This document shows positions 51,788-64,000 of a DNA stretch of 64,000 bases, in pieces (position 1 is the stretch's first letter; every line of letters begins with the position of its first letter). This stretch comes from Sphagnum compactum. Taxonomy: Eukaryota. The DNA lies in NCBI GenBank assembly GCA_965153455.1, contig OZ234493.1, positions 25,286,213-25,350,212 of the forward strand. The letters are read 5' to 3'. The translations under genes were made by a program, and so were the position numbers. The notes beneath the pieces were generated by a model. That model was not told the origin of the DNA, did not search any database, and saw only the letters and a program-made list of their open reading frames with translations.

Positions 51788-52043
51788 GGGTGGACCAGAA
51801 CATCAATTGTTACCATGGGTAAAACCCCCAGACAAATTTGGGTCTTTGAGGGCAAACTTAATATTTTCTGGGCTAGATATAACCACTAATTAAGTTGTTA
51901 CCATGGTAGAACCCCCCACCCAAAACAAAAGTTGGGTCATTGTGTTCAAACTTAAACATTTCTGGGGTCGAATATAACCACTAGTTAAGGGGCCTCACTG
52001 AAGAAGGTGAAGGTACCAGTGTAGGTGCTTATTCACCCTGGCT
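51788..52043. mobile_element. Relative of the 35347 MITE with an internal tandem duplication of about 90 bp
   Basis: GGGTGGACCAG...TACCATGG left end and GGCCTCAC...GGTGAAGGT...TTCACCCTGGC right end match 35347-35542. The unit TTGTTACCATGG...ATATAACCACTA(A/G)TTAAG is repeated at 51807 and 51895. Confidence 0.65.
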
Positions 52044-53853
52044 GTCATACATGGTGTTGGGCAGCCATAGGTACTCTAACTGGACACTCTGGAGCTGCTA
52101 CATCAAGGAAAAAGCCAGTGGCCAAGTTATAGGTACTGGTTAGCTGCTGCTGTAAATTTTGTTCTTATCAGTTTGGCTTTTGTTGCAACAAAGCATGGAG
52201 GAGGACTGAGGAGAGAGTGGGGAAGCCTTTGCCCCAGCTGTGGAAAAAAAAAAACCCTATAGATAACAAATTGTGCGCACTCTCTCTAGAGAAAAGGGTT
52301 ACACTTTTCCGAGTACTGATGTTGACAAAAATTTCAATGCCCATACAGGTAAACGACAAATGAAATAGGGAAAAATAAAAAGTTCCCAAAAGAATTAAAG
52401 AGAGCATCCGAATATTTGCAACTTTAACGACAAGTCCACAGGCGTCAACTTAATAAAGTATTACTATCCCATTCGGTGTGACCATGCACCCACGCACAAT
52501 AACTTTTAGTGTGTCTCTTTTTTATATTTTTAAAGGGTAGGGGGTCTAGGTATTGTTTGCCTTGGATGAATCAGAACCTACTCATATTAAGTGCCATGAT
52601 AAAAGAAACACAAATTGTTTTTGGGTTATTTGTACAAAGTATAAATATCATGCCCTAATTCTAAATCAGGCTCTTAGAGTTCAATTTAACATTTGCTGGG
52701 TTAACTATAGCCAATAGCAGGGCTCACTCAAGCAGGAGAAGGTTCCAGAACCAATAGTATAGGTGCAGGGCCAACCAGCACCCACACCCATACTTCACCT
52801 TCTTGTGTGAGGCCTCCTTGTTAAATTGGACTATAAGATGCTAATTAGTTTTTAGTCAGGATACGCTGTCAATACTGTTTAGAAGCAAGTCATAAACAAT
52901 TTTGCGAAATTTTGCAAAACTGTTAAATATGTACCACTGTTACAATTTGGCAAAAATTCGCACAATTGTTTTTGACCAGATCAGAACCAATTCTCAAAAG
53001 AAATAAAATAAACACAGTTATATAATAAGACTCCATTAATTTTTTTGAAAAAACTACTAGAGTGTTAATAGCAAGGATTCCAATAGGGATTTCGTGATAA
53101 AACGGTGACTTGTTATTAGCACCTATCAAAATGTTCTTTTTTTAAAATAATCTAGTTACCTACAACAAACAAGAATAGACATCTAGCAAAACTGATGTCA
53201 GAACGGTCTCCTTGTTTTGGAGAATATGCCCACAGAAAACAAAATCACAAGAGTGCAAAATTTCACACAACAAAGAGAAACGCTGGGACCCAATTACTTG
53301 ATTTTTTAGAACCACGATTATGTATAATTGCGAATTGCGGGTTGCCATTTTGGGTTTCTGATTTTGGAGGGTTTGCTTAAGAGCCTAGCACTGGGATTTT
53401 TAATTACCATCGCAGCTAGGCGTGTAATAGGTACAACTGGTTCAGTAAAGCGCATCACTTTTTTCCTATACACATGTGGTTTAATGAGCAGTGCTGCCAC
53501 TTTAAAGCGGTAAAGAACGGATTCTCAACAAATGGACAAAGAGGGGGAAAAGAATTCCCTAGTAATAGTAGTAGTTGTTCTGGACGAAGGGGACTGTATT
53601 AAAATGGCCCCAAATTCCGTAGTAGAAGAAGTTCTCGACGAAGAAGAAGGAATAAAAAGGGGCAAATTGGCCTTCGCTGAATTCCGCCGGAGTAGTAGGA
53701 GTAGTAGTAGTAGTAGTTCTGTGGCAGGCACGCAGGCTGCACAAGGCGGGCGGCGATCATGGACTCGTTCAACGGAGAGGCTGACAGATCTCGAGAGTGA
53801 GTACAAAGACGACGACGACGACGGTACTAGACTAGTTACCTGCTAGTAGGTAG

Positions 53854-54431
53854 CAGGTGCTTTTTTTTTGTGTTTTGGCAAAGTCTTTTTGCAAATTGGC
53901 GAAAAATGAGTGTTTTTTGGAGTTTCTTAGTCGCCATATTTCCAAAAGAATCTATCATCTTTTTTAAAAAATCGCCAAATTCTATCCTAACTTGCAGAAG
54001 TATGCACAATGAATTTTTATTTTTTTTGTTTGGCATTCTAAGTAGGGAAAAGAATGGAAACCTCTACCAAATTTGAAGTTGAATTAACAAAACACAAGGA
54101 AAACTATTAAGGGAATTGTGGGACCAATATTTTAAATGTTTTATTCTAATTTTCCCATTGTGAAATAGGGAGATCTTTTCATTTTCCCATTTGATAACAC
54201 ACCATTTCATGTTTATATAAGAAAAATTCAAGTTTTTATTGATGGTCCGACACGAAATCCTAATTTTCTTTTTGGTTATGAGATAGCCAAAAACATTAAA
54301 AAAGATCTACATTTTATTTTGACGTTCATATTTTCTTTGTTGCCAAATCTGGCTAAATCATCGAGTCATGGATGATCACCACTTCAGCTACATCACAAAA
54401 TTGAAGAAAAACAAAAACCTAAAAAACCTTG
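53854..54431 (+). mobile_element. AT-rich dispersed repeat (TAGCCAAATTTGGCTA family) about 320 bp upstream of the IDD start codon
   Basis: Abrupt AT-rich block between two GC-richer segments; 3-prime part is homologous to 46632-46891. TSD uncertain. Confidence 0.55.
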
Positions 54432-54747
54432 GTACTACTCCTAGGTAGCTGGGGGGACTAGGCGGTGCGGAGGAGATCAAGGGGATTACCTGGGGAAAAG
54501 GGCAGGGGATGATCATCATCATGCGGGCCGAGGATCCTCAGATCCTCACTAGCAGCGGCAGCAGCAGCTGCGGGCCATTCTTGTAGCCTAGACTATTTGG
54601 AAAAAGCTGCAAGCTGATGCCGCCGTTGAGGAGGAGGTACTAGTGCGTCTGCACTGCACGCGGGATAGTGGTATTAGCAGCTGCTGCTGCTACTAGTGGT
54701 GGTCTAGAAAATTATTATATCTCAAGTAGTAGCTGCTGAGAAACTCG

Positions 54748-57700
54748 ATGCAGCAGCAGCAGCAGCAGCGTTCCATCTTCGATTGGTCGAGAATCGAATG
54801 TAGTAAAGGATTGAAGGAGGTGGTTCCTGCGGCATATCTGCATCAATTTGAGCAGCTTTACAGTACTTCCATGACCGCCAACCAGCTCCATGCGCACGCA
54901 GCGCACATCCTTGGGTTTAGCGCAGCGGCCGCTTGTGAGAATAATAATATTCATCATCATCCTAGTAGCAGTGTTGTTATAGAGAGCGGTAGATCATTGC
55001 AGCAGCAAGACACGCCGCTTGCTGCTGCTGCTGCTGCTGTGGTTGCCTGTAGTACTACTACTGGTGCTGGTGGTGGTCATCATGGGTGGAGTACTACTGA
55101 TGTTTGCGCCGCTGCCAATCATCATCATGACTCCTCTCGGGTTGCCACTCCTGCGAGTTCAGGCGGGGGCAACAAGCGTAAGCGACGGCCTGCGGGTACA
55201 CCTGGTAAGCTGCTTCCGATTCTCGAGCTCCCGACCTAGGTGCTTCTAGATCATTCCTGCAGCTAGCGTTATTCTAGCATACGTACGCACTTGTAAGACC
55301 TTGATTTCCAAAGGAGCATGCGCATCTCCTAATTTTTTTGAGAATGAGAGCCTTTTGCTTCAAAACAGTGGTAACCCTAGTCTCAGCTCGGCTGCAGAGA
55401 GACAAAATATGTATGTGTGCGATTGTCGTTGCTAGAGCTGGTAATAATCACAATATCAAAAACCTAAGCTGCACGACTTTATTCGTGAATTCGGCAGGAC
55501 TACATCCTGGAGTTCCAAGTCGTTCTTTGCAGTAAGTAACAAGGCTGTGTCTACAGCTTAGCTTGCATTTGTGGTGTTATCCATAGATCACCGTCGACTA
55601 GAGTTGTCAAAAGCTCAGAGATTACTGGCTACTGAAGCTGGTTAGCACCTTTCTTGCAAAATTCACATTCTTGTCTTGAACATAGATCTTTTTTGGCAGA
55701 AATGTGAAATTGTAGGAGCAAACTAGGAGTGTAGTCTCACTAATAAAACCTGGGTAACATAATTTTCTGCTGACAGCCAAAGCTCAAACTGATGTAAAGA
55801 AGTTCAATCCAACAAGCCCAGAAAGGCGTACATACACTACTACTGTTTGATATGCCAAAATGTGCAGATCCAGATGCGGAGGTGGTGGCACTGTCTCCAG
55901 AAACCTTGATGGAATCGGACAGATACGTTTGTGAAATTTGCAATCAGGGCTTCCAACGGGATCAGAACCTGCAGATGCACAGACGTCGCCACAAGGTAGA
56001 TTGCAATCATGAATGAATAATGTAATCGAAATTTCATCGTGATCTCCGGAAGTGTACTATACATATGCAGCAGCTGGTGCTGGAAGCAATCTATATTCAG
56101 GATGAATCCAGCAGTGGGTCCTGCATCTGCAGAAGGTTCTGCTACTACGTTTTCTCGGACTTCAGTCTTTCTCTTCGCAGTGCACATTATGTTATATGAC
56201 TCAAGCTTCGAAGTCCTTCAACGTTTTCCTGATTTGCGTGTGTGCAGGTACCATGGAAGCTGCTGAAGAAGGCTAGTTTGATCACCCACAAACGTGTCTA
56301 TGTGTGCCCGGAGTTGACGTGCCTGCACCACGACCCTTCACATGCACTGGGCGACTTAGTTGGTATCAAGAAACACTTTCGTAGGAAGCACTGCAACGAG
56401 AAGCAATGGGTATGCGACAAGTGCTCCAAAGGCTATGCTGTGCAATCAGATTACAAAGCCCACTTGAAAACCTGTGGCACACGTGGTCATTGTTGTGATT
56501 GCGGAAGAGTGTTCTCAAGGTACGTGAGAAAACACAATTCACAGATAGTCTCGCTCAAACTAGTCATACGATCATGCAGCTGGGTGGGTATTTATGGTTG
56601 GCGTGCATGCAACAGGGTCGAAAGTTTCATTGAGCACCAGGATATGTGCAATGCCGCCGAAGTGCAGAAGCTGGCCGGGAGCATGCAGCGGGGTGAAAAT
56701 GAAAAGCAGCACTTAAGGAAGTCATCGACGACCTTCCAGCACATGAGCAGTCCTATTATAACGACCGGGCGCAGAAACATCCTGTCGAGCTGCAATGAGG
56801 AGAGCCCCAGTCAGTCCAGCGACACTACTGCAGCTCCATTTGCACATTCGGGAATCTCAGACAATACAGCTGCTTCTGCGGATTCCTCCAGATTGAATGA
56901 GCAAGTGATCAGTCCCAAGACGTTCGACAGCAATAGCCACGAGGTCGAGGCCGTCAGTACTGCTGTGGTCGCGGGGCCCACGTCCTGGGTTCATCACGAA
57001 CGTCGACGGTGCAATGAATTGCAGCAACTCTTACCGTCCGCGACGCAGGCGCTGCATGAGAGATTGGAATCCTACTCCGAATCCGCGTTGCAGGCATCTA
57101 GCACTCCCCATGACACGAGACTCCTGGAAGCGGTCTCATCAACATCCCGCAGGTCTCATGCAGAGACCACTCGGGGATTTATAAGCTCCGCACTTTGTCC
57201 AGATATGTCCTTCTCGGCGGATTGCAAATCTCTAACTCCCACCTGTTGTCGAAGTGTGGACGACGTGGTTAACACTCCACCATCTCTGCAGTTGACGATT
57301 GGACCCTATAGTAAGGAGTCGGCAGAGGTGAATATATCAAATGATCGAGGGTCGAACTACGTGAACACCCTCCAAGCTGCTGGAAGTATGGACAGAAAAC
57401 CCAATCTTGATGCAGGAGCGGATCACAGATTAAACGTGGTTGGTGCAATTTCCAACTACCAACAATTGCAACAAGATCGACCGGTTGCTGCTGGTGAAGC
57501 TGCGCCAGTCGTCAGCTCCGGTTGCAACAAAGGAATAGGCGAGGACTTAGCTCTTTCATTCCCAGCAGCAACAGCAGCTTCGGTACTACAGCCAGCTGCT
57601 GCTGTTAGGAACGAAGTACTAGTCGTATCAGAAGAAGCAGCTGCAGGGAATGTTACAAAAGCCGTGACCATGAGCATGAAAGAATTTCGGACCAGCCAAA

Positions 57701-60243
57701 GATCGAGACTTCCAGTTCTTCGTGATGATTCAAGCACAACTACAGCTACTAGGACGCAAGAACCTGCAATCAATGCTTTTAATCAGCAGGAGTCAAGTGC
57801 TACACCACCAAGGAGCAGTTCATATCCTCCTATGATTATCAAGACAAGCAGATCGGCAAACTCCAGCTTACAATATACTCCTTCATATGCGGATCGTGGA
57901 AGCGGTTTGAAATCTCAAGTCGTGGACCTTGAGAGGACGTCGTTGGAATCAGGTACATCGTCATAAATTTATCAGAGATTAATCTTCTGCAGGGGACCTG
58001 CTCTCAGAGTTCATGTATTTGCTTTTCGATAGACACAAGACTGGCCACCTGATCTTGTGTAGCTACGTTTGCTAAAGTGATGTACACTGGTGCTGAACCT
58101 CCTGGGACGCTCAAGTTCCAACTAGGTGCAGTTCCATCATACATCGTGTTGATAACAATGCGTTCACTACAAGAAAATGTGGTTTCTCTCACACAAAAAG
58201 CCACGGCTCATCACACATGTGTGAAGTGAATTCTGTGGTTTCATCCATTACAATGTACAATACGTGGAGTTTATTGTGGCGAATGTTACATTAAAATGAC
58301 AATTTATCTCACACATGTGTCCTGAGCGGCTGCCATTTGTGTGAGAAAAATCACATTCTCTTGTAGTGGTTGGTGCTCAGTTGATTCAGAGCATGACTTG
58401 GAACTTGCTGATCATATATAAGGCAGAGACAACACGTTTGCCAATTTCATGTTGGATGCAGCGGACTAGACTCGGAATGTTACCTAACAACCTGATCTGG
58501 TGTTCTTCTTGTAATCGACAACAGAGACTGCAGCTGTGCGTGAGGATTTGATTTGGGCTGCTCAAAGGACAAGTAATATAGTTCAACTGCAACCATCTCC
58601 TCAAGTTGCACTGCGTTCGACTCCTGAACCAGCAGCTGACAATCACCCCGGCGGTGGTCCCACACAATATGACAAGCATGCACGTGGCCAGCAGCGGGGT
58701 ATCTTCCAGTCTGAATTTCTCATTGTTCCGCGCGCAGTCGAACGGACAGCCTCAGCAGCTTCCAGGCAAAACGAATTGGGTGCTACCGCCGCATGCGCTG
58801 AAGCAAACAAGGCAAGACTAGAACAGGTTGGTTCGATCTTATCAAGAATTTTTCTTACCTTGAGAGCTTCTGATTCCTAACCTATGAAACTATCAGTCAC
58901 TTAGACGAACACAGATCACTTAAAAGCTGACCTAATTTTTCCTTTGTATTTGGAGGTTCCTCACCGAGCAGAACCTTCGTCGGAGATAAAGAGGCTCACC
59001 TTACCCTGGACCTGCCATTCACCTATACTTCATATCCTCGAATTGGAAGGCTCCGCATTGGAACACTTCCCTATCCAACTGATGATAAGATTGTTCCTAT
59101 ATGTACGTGAGAGCGTATTGAGAGGAATATTATTCCCAGAGACAGATTGACAATCCAAATTATTATGCTTCCCTTCTGATTTTTCAAAGATTCAGGATTA
59201 CGGCTATAAGCACTGGGCCACTGGCCACACCCCTTAGTGGCTCATTTTACTATGTTTGCGTTCAATTTGATTAAGCACAATAAGTCTGTACCCAGTTGTT
59301 GATACTATGTTGGGCTGGTGATTAACAATTCCTACAGGCGAGGACAGAAATGAACTCGGCGTGGTTAGACCTCGCTGCAGCGAGACGCACCAAGGAGCAG
59401 GCGCGACTGGAGAGTACTGAAGCCCAAAACGAGATCGCACGAGCTGAAGTTTTAAAGCGCGAAGCGAGGGAGCGGATCCAACAAGCGTCCGCTGAGAAAG
59501 CATACGCAGACCACGCCAGAGACGTGGCGAAACGACAGATGGACATGGCAGAGGCCGAGCTTGCAGATGCGAAACGAATACGCGAGCGGGCTCAAGCTGA
59601 GATCGACACATCGAGACTATTCCTGAAGGAGCAATCCGATCAATGCAGCTCCGTAGACGCGGCGATCATCAGGGCTAGCCCCCGTGATCATCAAACCTTG
59701 CGAAGTTCATGCTGCAGCTACGTCTGTCAAGTTTGCTGCAAATCAGACCAACCGGTGGGCAGGGACTTGTCTTTGGGGTTGCAACAGACTACAACCCATA
59801 AGTCTATACCAGTGCAGCCTGGCTTCGTTTCCTCGCATTGGCCAGGAACAAAGACGGATCACAAGATTCTCCTTTTACAAAACGCTTCCAACGAAATCGG
59901 CAATAGAGCAGCTGCTGCTGCAGGTCTTGTAAACTACCTTACAGTGCGGGAAAATACGTTCGAGGCCGTCGCCAGCGCCAAATACGGTGAAAATGATCAT
60001 AACCCCAGTACTAGGCTCTTATCCCACATGATAGGGGAGTCATCAGCTGCATGCCGCAGGTGGTCAGCTGCTAGTCTAGCAGGAGTTGCAGCAGCAGGCC
60101 GAGACGGCAGATGTAGTCCTGGGCTTTTGGCAGCCAACAGTATACCAGCTACTTTTGCAACTAACATGACCTGCACTATAGAAGCGACAGGTAGTGTGAA
60201 TCCTAGAACCAGCACTGATCATCATTCTCAATCTGGAAGCTAG
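54748..60243 (+). CDS. INDETERMINATE DOMAIN C2H2/C2HC zinc-finger transcription factor, SHOOT GRAVITROPISM 5 / IDD14-16 clade, about 1130 aa, 6 exons
   Basis: Exons 54748-55204, 55868-55995, 56248-56519, 56616-57952, 58525 (or 58534)-58826, 59338-60243, all GT-AG and phase-consistent. KRKRRPAGTPDPDAEVVALSP; ZF1 CEICNQGFQRDQNLQMHRRRH; ZF2 CPELTC...KKHFRRKH; ZF3 CDKC...HLKTC; ZF4 CDCGRVFSRVESFIEHQDMC; LQLTIG; SGR5-type coiled coil EKAYADHARDVAKRQMDMAEAELADAKRIRERAQAE. Exon 5 is the least certain. Confidence 0.9.
58165..58368 (+). mobile_element. CACTA (En/Spm) MITE, 204 bp, in intron 4 of the IDD gene
   Basis: About 33-bp imperfect TIRs CACTACAAGAAAATGTGGTTTCTCTCACACAAA / TTTGTGTGAGAAAAATCACATTCTCTTGTAGTG. 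Exact 3-bp TSD GTT (58162-58164 and 58369-58371). Confidence 0.9.
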
Positions 60244-61176
60244 CTAGCTGAGGCAGCGAGCATTGATTCCAAGATTCATGACTCCTGCAGTACCCAGATT
60301 CTAGACACATGACTAGAACCGTTTGGGCTCATCTAGGTTTTAGATTCTTCGTTTTCATTCTCGTGATCTGCATTTTAAAGCTGCCATGCGTCGTCCCCGG
60401 AGGAAAACCCGAAGAATTTTCCAAAGACAATATGTATTAAAACGCAGGTCAGTGAACTGGTGAACTGTGAATAGCTGCTGGATCCTTGAATTAATGTCAG
60501 CTAGATACTAATATCTAGAGCAAGCTGGGTGTTAATGTTCCCTGCATGTTACTGCAGGTCTATAAATCTGCGCGTTGAAGACTTAGAATCAGCAGCTTGA
60601 ACATGAGTTAACCTGCATGACAGCGAGCTGTACTTAGAGCAGGATCCATAAATTATTAATCACGCCTACATGTACAGCTCAGTTGCTCGTGTACATTCAT
60701 GAACTTTGTGTCTGAGTCTGTAGTTCATAAAAAGTGTTTCAAAGTTTGCTACAAAAAATATCCGGTCAGGTGGCTCATGTTCATCCAGTCCTTATCTATG
60801 GAGCTGCAGAGTGGGTCTAAAGACAGACTGATATATAGTCAACTGTTGCAGCTAGCTACAGCATTAAGTCGACATTCAATCAGTTAAGTCTAGGAAGAAC
60901 GTACGTAGATGTATGTCGGATGTCTAGATCATCATCAGCTGGGTGCTTTCCGTTGACAAGCTAGCGGCCATGATTTTGCATCACATGCAAGCTTTGCTTT
61001 GCTGCAAGCGAACTTGTAGTGCAGTAAGTCTATTTTGCAAACACAAGTTATAGCTAAAAAGGCGCGATCACCAAGATCATTGATCTAGAATGTAATCATC
61101 CGGTGGACCTTTAATTAAGAAGGAGTTTTCGTACGACTCCCTGTGTGCAATGTGGGAAAGCTATGAGTTATCCCTG

Positions 61177-61298
61177 TTAGAAGTTCCTTTGAGAACCAAT
61201 GTCGAAAGCAAAATAATTGGTTACCCCCAATAAGTGCTTTCCAACCAGTAAAAAATTACCAACTTCCCCCTCGACATTGGTTCCCAGCACCCTTCTAG
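61177..61298. repeat. Short inverted-repeat element (MITE-like)
   Basis: TAGAAG...GAACCAATGTCGA pairs with TCGACATTGGTTC...CTTCTA. Confidence 0.5.
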
Positions 61299-64000
61299 AT
61301 GACATAATTGAATTGTCCCTGTGAGGCTCCCTGGGAATGTTGGAAAACTCCCTGTGTTGCACAATTCCCAGTTACTTCCCGTTTTAGTCTACTCTTGGAG
61401 GTAAAGTTACACAATTTTCCCACAAGGGAATCATCCAGCGGCTCCTTGTCTGATTAAGAATATACACCTGCAGGCATATTGTTGAAGCTGGGTTGACTTC
61501 GAACAAAAGTACGTAGTCAATTTCAAGCCCCCAAGCGGCCTTCGTATCCAAGGGATCCGGCCAACGTACAGCACAATATCATAGTCTACGAGCTACACTC
61601 TGGAGGAATGTCGGCGCTATTCTCTTCGAGACGGCAACAATATGCGGAAGCTTGTCTTTAACGTCGTGTCGACATCTTATATGACATTAGATTGAAATTA
61701 AATATATGTCGCTCGGTTCGTTGTTGCTTTCTTAATTTCTTTTTGAGAAGGCGATTCAAGATTTATTTTTTGGTTGCTTGACGCCGTGATGGCCTCAGGA
61801 TACTATTTTTAAACAGTGCGAATCTAAGGAATTTCTTGTACTCTTCTGCTTGCTGCGACCATTTTGAAACATACGTAAAATTAGTACCCCTGCGTCACGG
61901 CGCAGCTTCTAGTATTGTCCAGATCATGAATTAGTAATTTGTATCTAGCTAGGCGGCCGAAACAAGTACACAAGACGCTGCATGACTGACCAGCTGGGCC
62001 AATTAGTTCCGACTTATGTTAGAACAGATGATCGATTGAGGGCCGGCGTAATATTGCTGAACAATAATCATCCGTTTGCACCTGAGTTCACGCCATTCGA
62101 AGTCGACGAGCTCCGATATTCAGGACAGCTAAAACATCTAGATACAATTTATAGCAGCTGAATATCATCTGCTGAAATAATGTTGCAGACAAAGGACAGA
62201 TAGGGATCCAGAGGACAGATAGGGGTCCAAGCACGCTAATAGGAGCCAACAGGTGATTACTTGAAAAAAAATTGTGTGGATACTTGCGGCATCTATAACC
62301 TGAGAGTCCAATAATTGGATCCCAAGTGCTGCTGTCATTAATATTGTTTGGAGTTTAAGTGCAGTGACAGGATCACACGGAATTGGCGATCACCTATAAG
62401 CTAGCTGCTGCTCTAGTCTCACATACATTGTATCCACAAAGTAGGGGTGTCGTGTTAACGGATGGCCCCTGCACACTGAGAGTCGATGGTTATAATATCC
62501 AGAGAATTGCAAACTTGTTACGACATGGGCCAGCTTGTCGCAGTTTGCGGTTGTCCCACCAATTGATTTAATAGCTAGCAGCAGCTCAGGCAGCTGCCTG
62601 AAAGCCTAGGCTAGTTATATGGCTGCACATCATCACTGAACTATTATAGTAAGTACACGTAATTGGACGTGTAGCCTTCGTGCTGTAGATACTGTAGTAT
62701 ACTGTGAGTATTTTCGTGTGATGCTAGTACACTACAATTGATGGAATTAGTCGCCAACTAGTAATCCACACGCGGAGGGCTGTCGTTTGACGGACACAAG
62801 GGACGTTCTTGGCATTGATCCCAGCTGTCGTTTCATAACCCGCGAATTGAGACTCGAGGTTTCAAATGATATATTTGTTGTTGCTTTTGTACGTCGTTAG
62901 GTATGTTATTGCAGATCTCCATGAGGGAAGACTTGTAACAAAGTTGATTTCCTAAGTTGTTGCTCTGGTTAACTGCTTGTAACGTTTCTCATGAGTTCGG
63001 AATTACACGAACTTGTTTGAACTTTCAACAGAGATAGCTTTTCGGTCGATCTAGTCTCAAAAATTCTTTACAATTTAATAATCTCAGGGTCTCTGATATT
63101 TCTCTTGAACTTGGGAAATCTTTTCATTAGGCTGCTGTGATCACAGATTATGTATTCATAGCAGCTTTCCATTAATTTTTTTCAACTAGCTGTGCTCATA
63201 GTCATCTCACAGCCCTATGCCCTATCGGCCCTGCATTGACCAATTGCAGGAGGTGTGAGAGCTGTGAGTCAATTGTGACCCACCATACAATGACATCTAT
63301 CTTTTTGTCCATGAGAACATCTTTTCCAAAAGTTTCTGACAGGATTATATATTTTCAACGCATATGCAGCTCTCCATTGGAAATTGAGTGACCCTGCAGC
63401 AAGAAACAAAGCCCTATGTGATCAGTGGCTTTCCAATAGGGTGCTGTGATCAGAGCACGCTGTGTGTAACTTTGATCACAGCAGCCTAATGGAAAGAGAC
63501 CCTCAGTACTGGACATCGTGCAAGCTTTCAAGACATGGTGATCATCAGACGTATACAAAATTGTGAGCTTTAAATTTTGCCCAAAAATTTCCTTGTCCGG
63601 AACTTAATTCTAGATAGATATACAGTTTTTGCCCAAGATTGAGAAAGGTCTGTAGGTTCAAGTGCAAGCTCAGCTAGTATACGCAGGGGCCCTCCCTGAA
63701 ATTACCTCGAAGACGTCATTTACCCCCCCCCTGACTCTGTACACCGCCTTTTTGTTTTGTCACAACCTATGTTCAAATCATCATGAACCAGGACGCAATT
63801 GGGTATTCCTGATTGTTTCTGGAATCTGCACGTACTCGTCTGCATATATGCATGCAGCATCTTCAAACTTTCGTTGAAACAACAGATTACGCCAGCTTAC
63901 ACTACTGCAGCTGCAAAGGTCTAGAGATTTTTCACGCAAAGCTGCGCGGGGCGGCCCCAAGTTTGTGCACAGTCCAAAGCGAGTACTCCAGAATCAGCAG

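Noticed and set aside
53799..53825. ORF peptide EYKDDDDDG resembles the FLAG tag (DYKDDDDK)
   Set aside because: Differs at both ends, arises from a (GAC)n microsatellite, and has no vector, linker or other construct sequence nearby; treated as coincidence.
54483..54600. Loose resemblance to U1 snRNA (TTACCTGG...GGATGATCA...GGCCGAGG)
   Set aside because: Lacks the ATACTTACC start, the CATTGCAC loop, a proper Sm site and the terminal stem; matches are short and scattered.
57456..57773. Antisense ORFs within the IDD exons (also 56592-56795, 59234-59611, 59997-60215)
   Set aside because: Shadow frames of a GC-rich coding sequence with no independent support.

Overview
Eukaryotic land-plant genomic DNA, probably a bryophyte such as Sphagnum peat moss (inferred from gene style and repeat landscape, not proven). 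I assembled three intact multi-exon + strand genes by hand from splice sites: (1) a 10-exon UNC93-like major-facilitator membrane protein (8632-12439, 483 aa); (2) a PRC1 RING1-type E3 ligase with C3HC4 RING and C-terminal RAWUL-type domain (about 16120-22049), which has one GC-AG intron and an unresolved N-terminus; (3) an unusually long (about 1130 aa) INDETERMINATE DOMAIN zinc-finger factor of the SGR5/IDD14-16 clade (54748-60243). The rest is AT-rich intergenic DNA with two decayed hAT transposase genes, many MITEs (PIF/Harbinger-Tourist, CACTA, hAT-type, long-TIR), minisatellites and local tandem duplications. I recognised no tRNA, rRNA or CRISPR. The best leads are a stop-free, in-frame 96-nt intron inside zinc finger 4 of the IDD gene, a probable spliced non-coding RNA running head-to-head from the RING1 promoter, and a second spliced but apparently non-coding unit downstream of RING1. 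I found no clear evidence of a wholly new multi-gene system.
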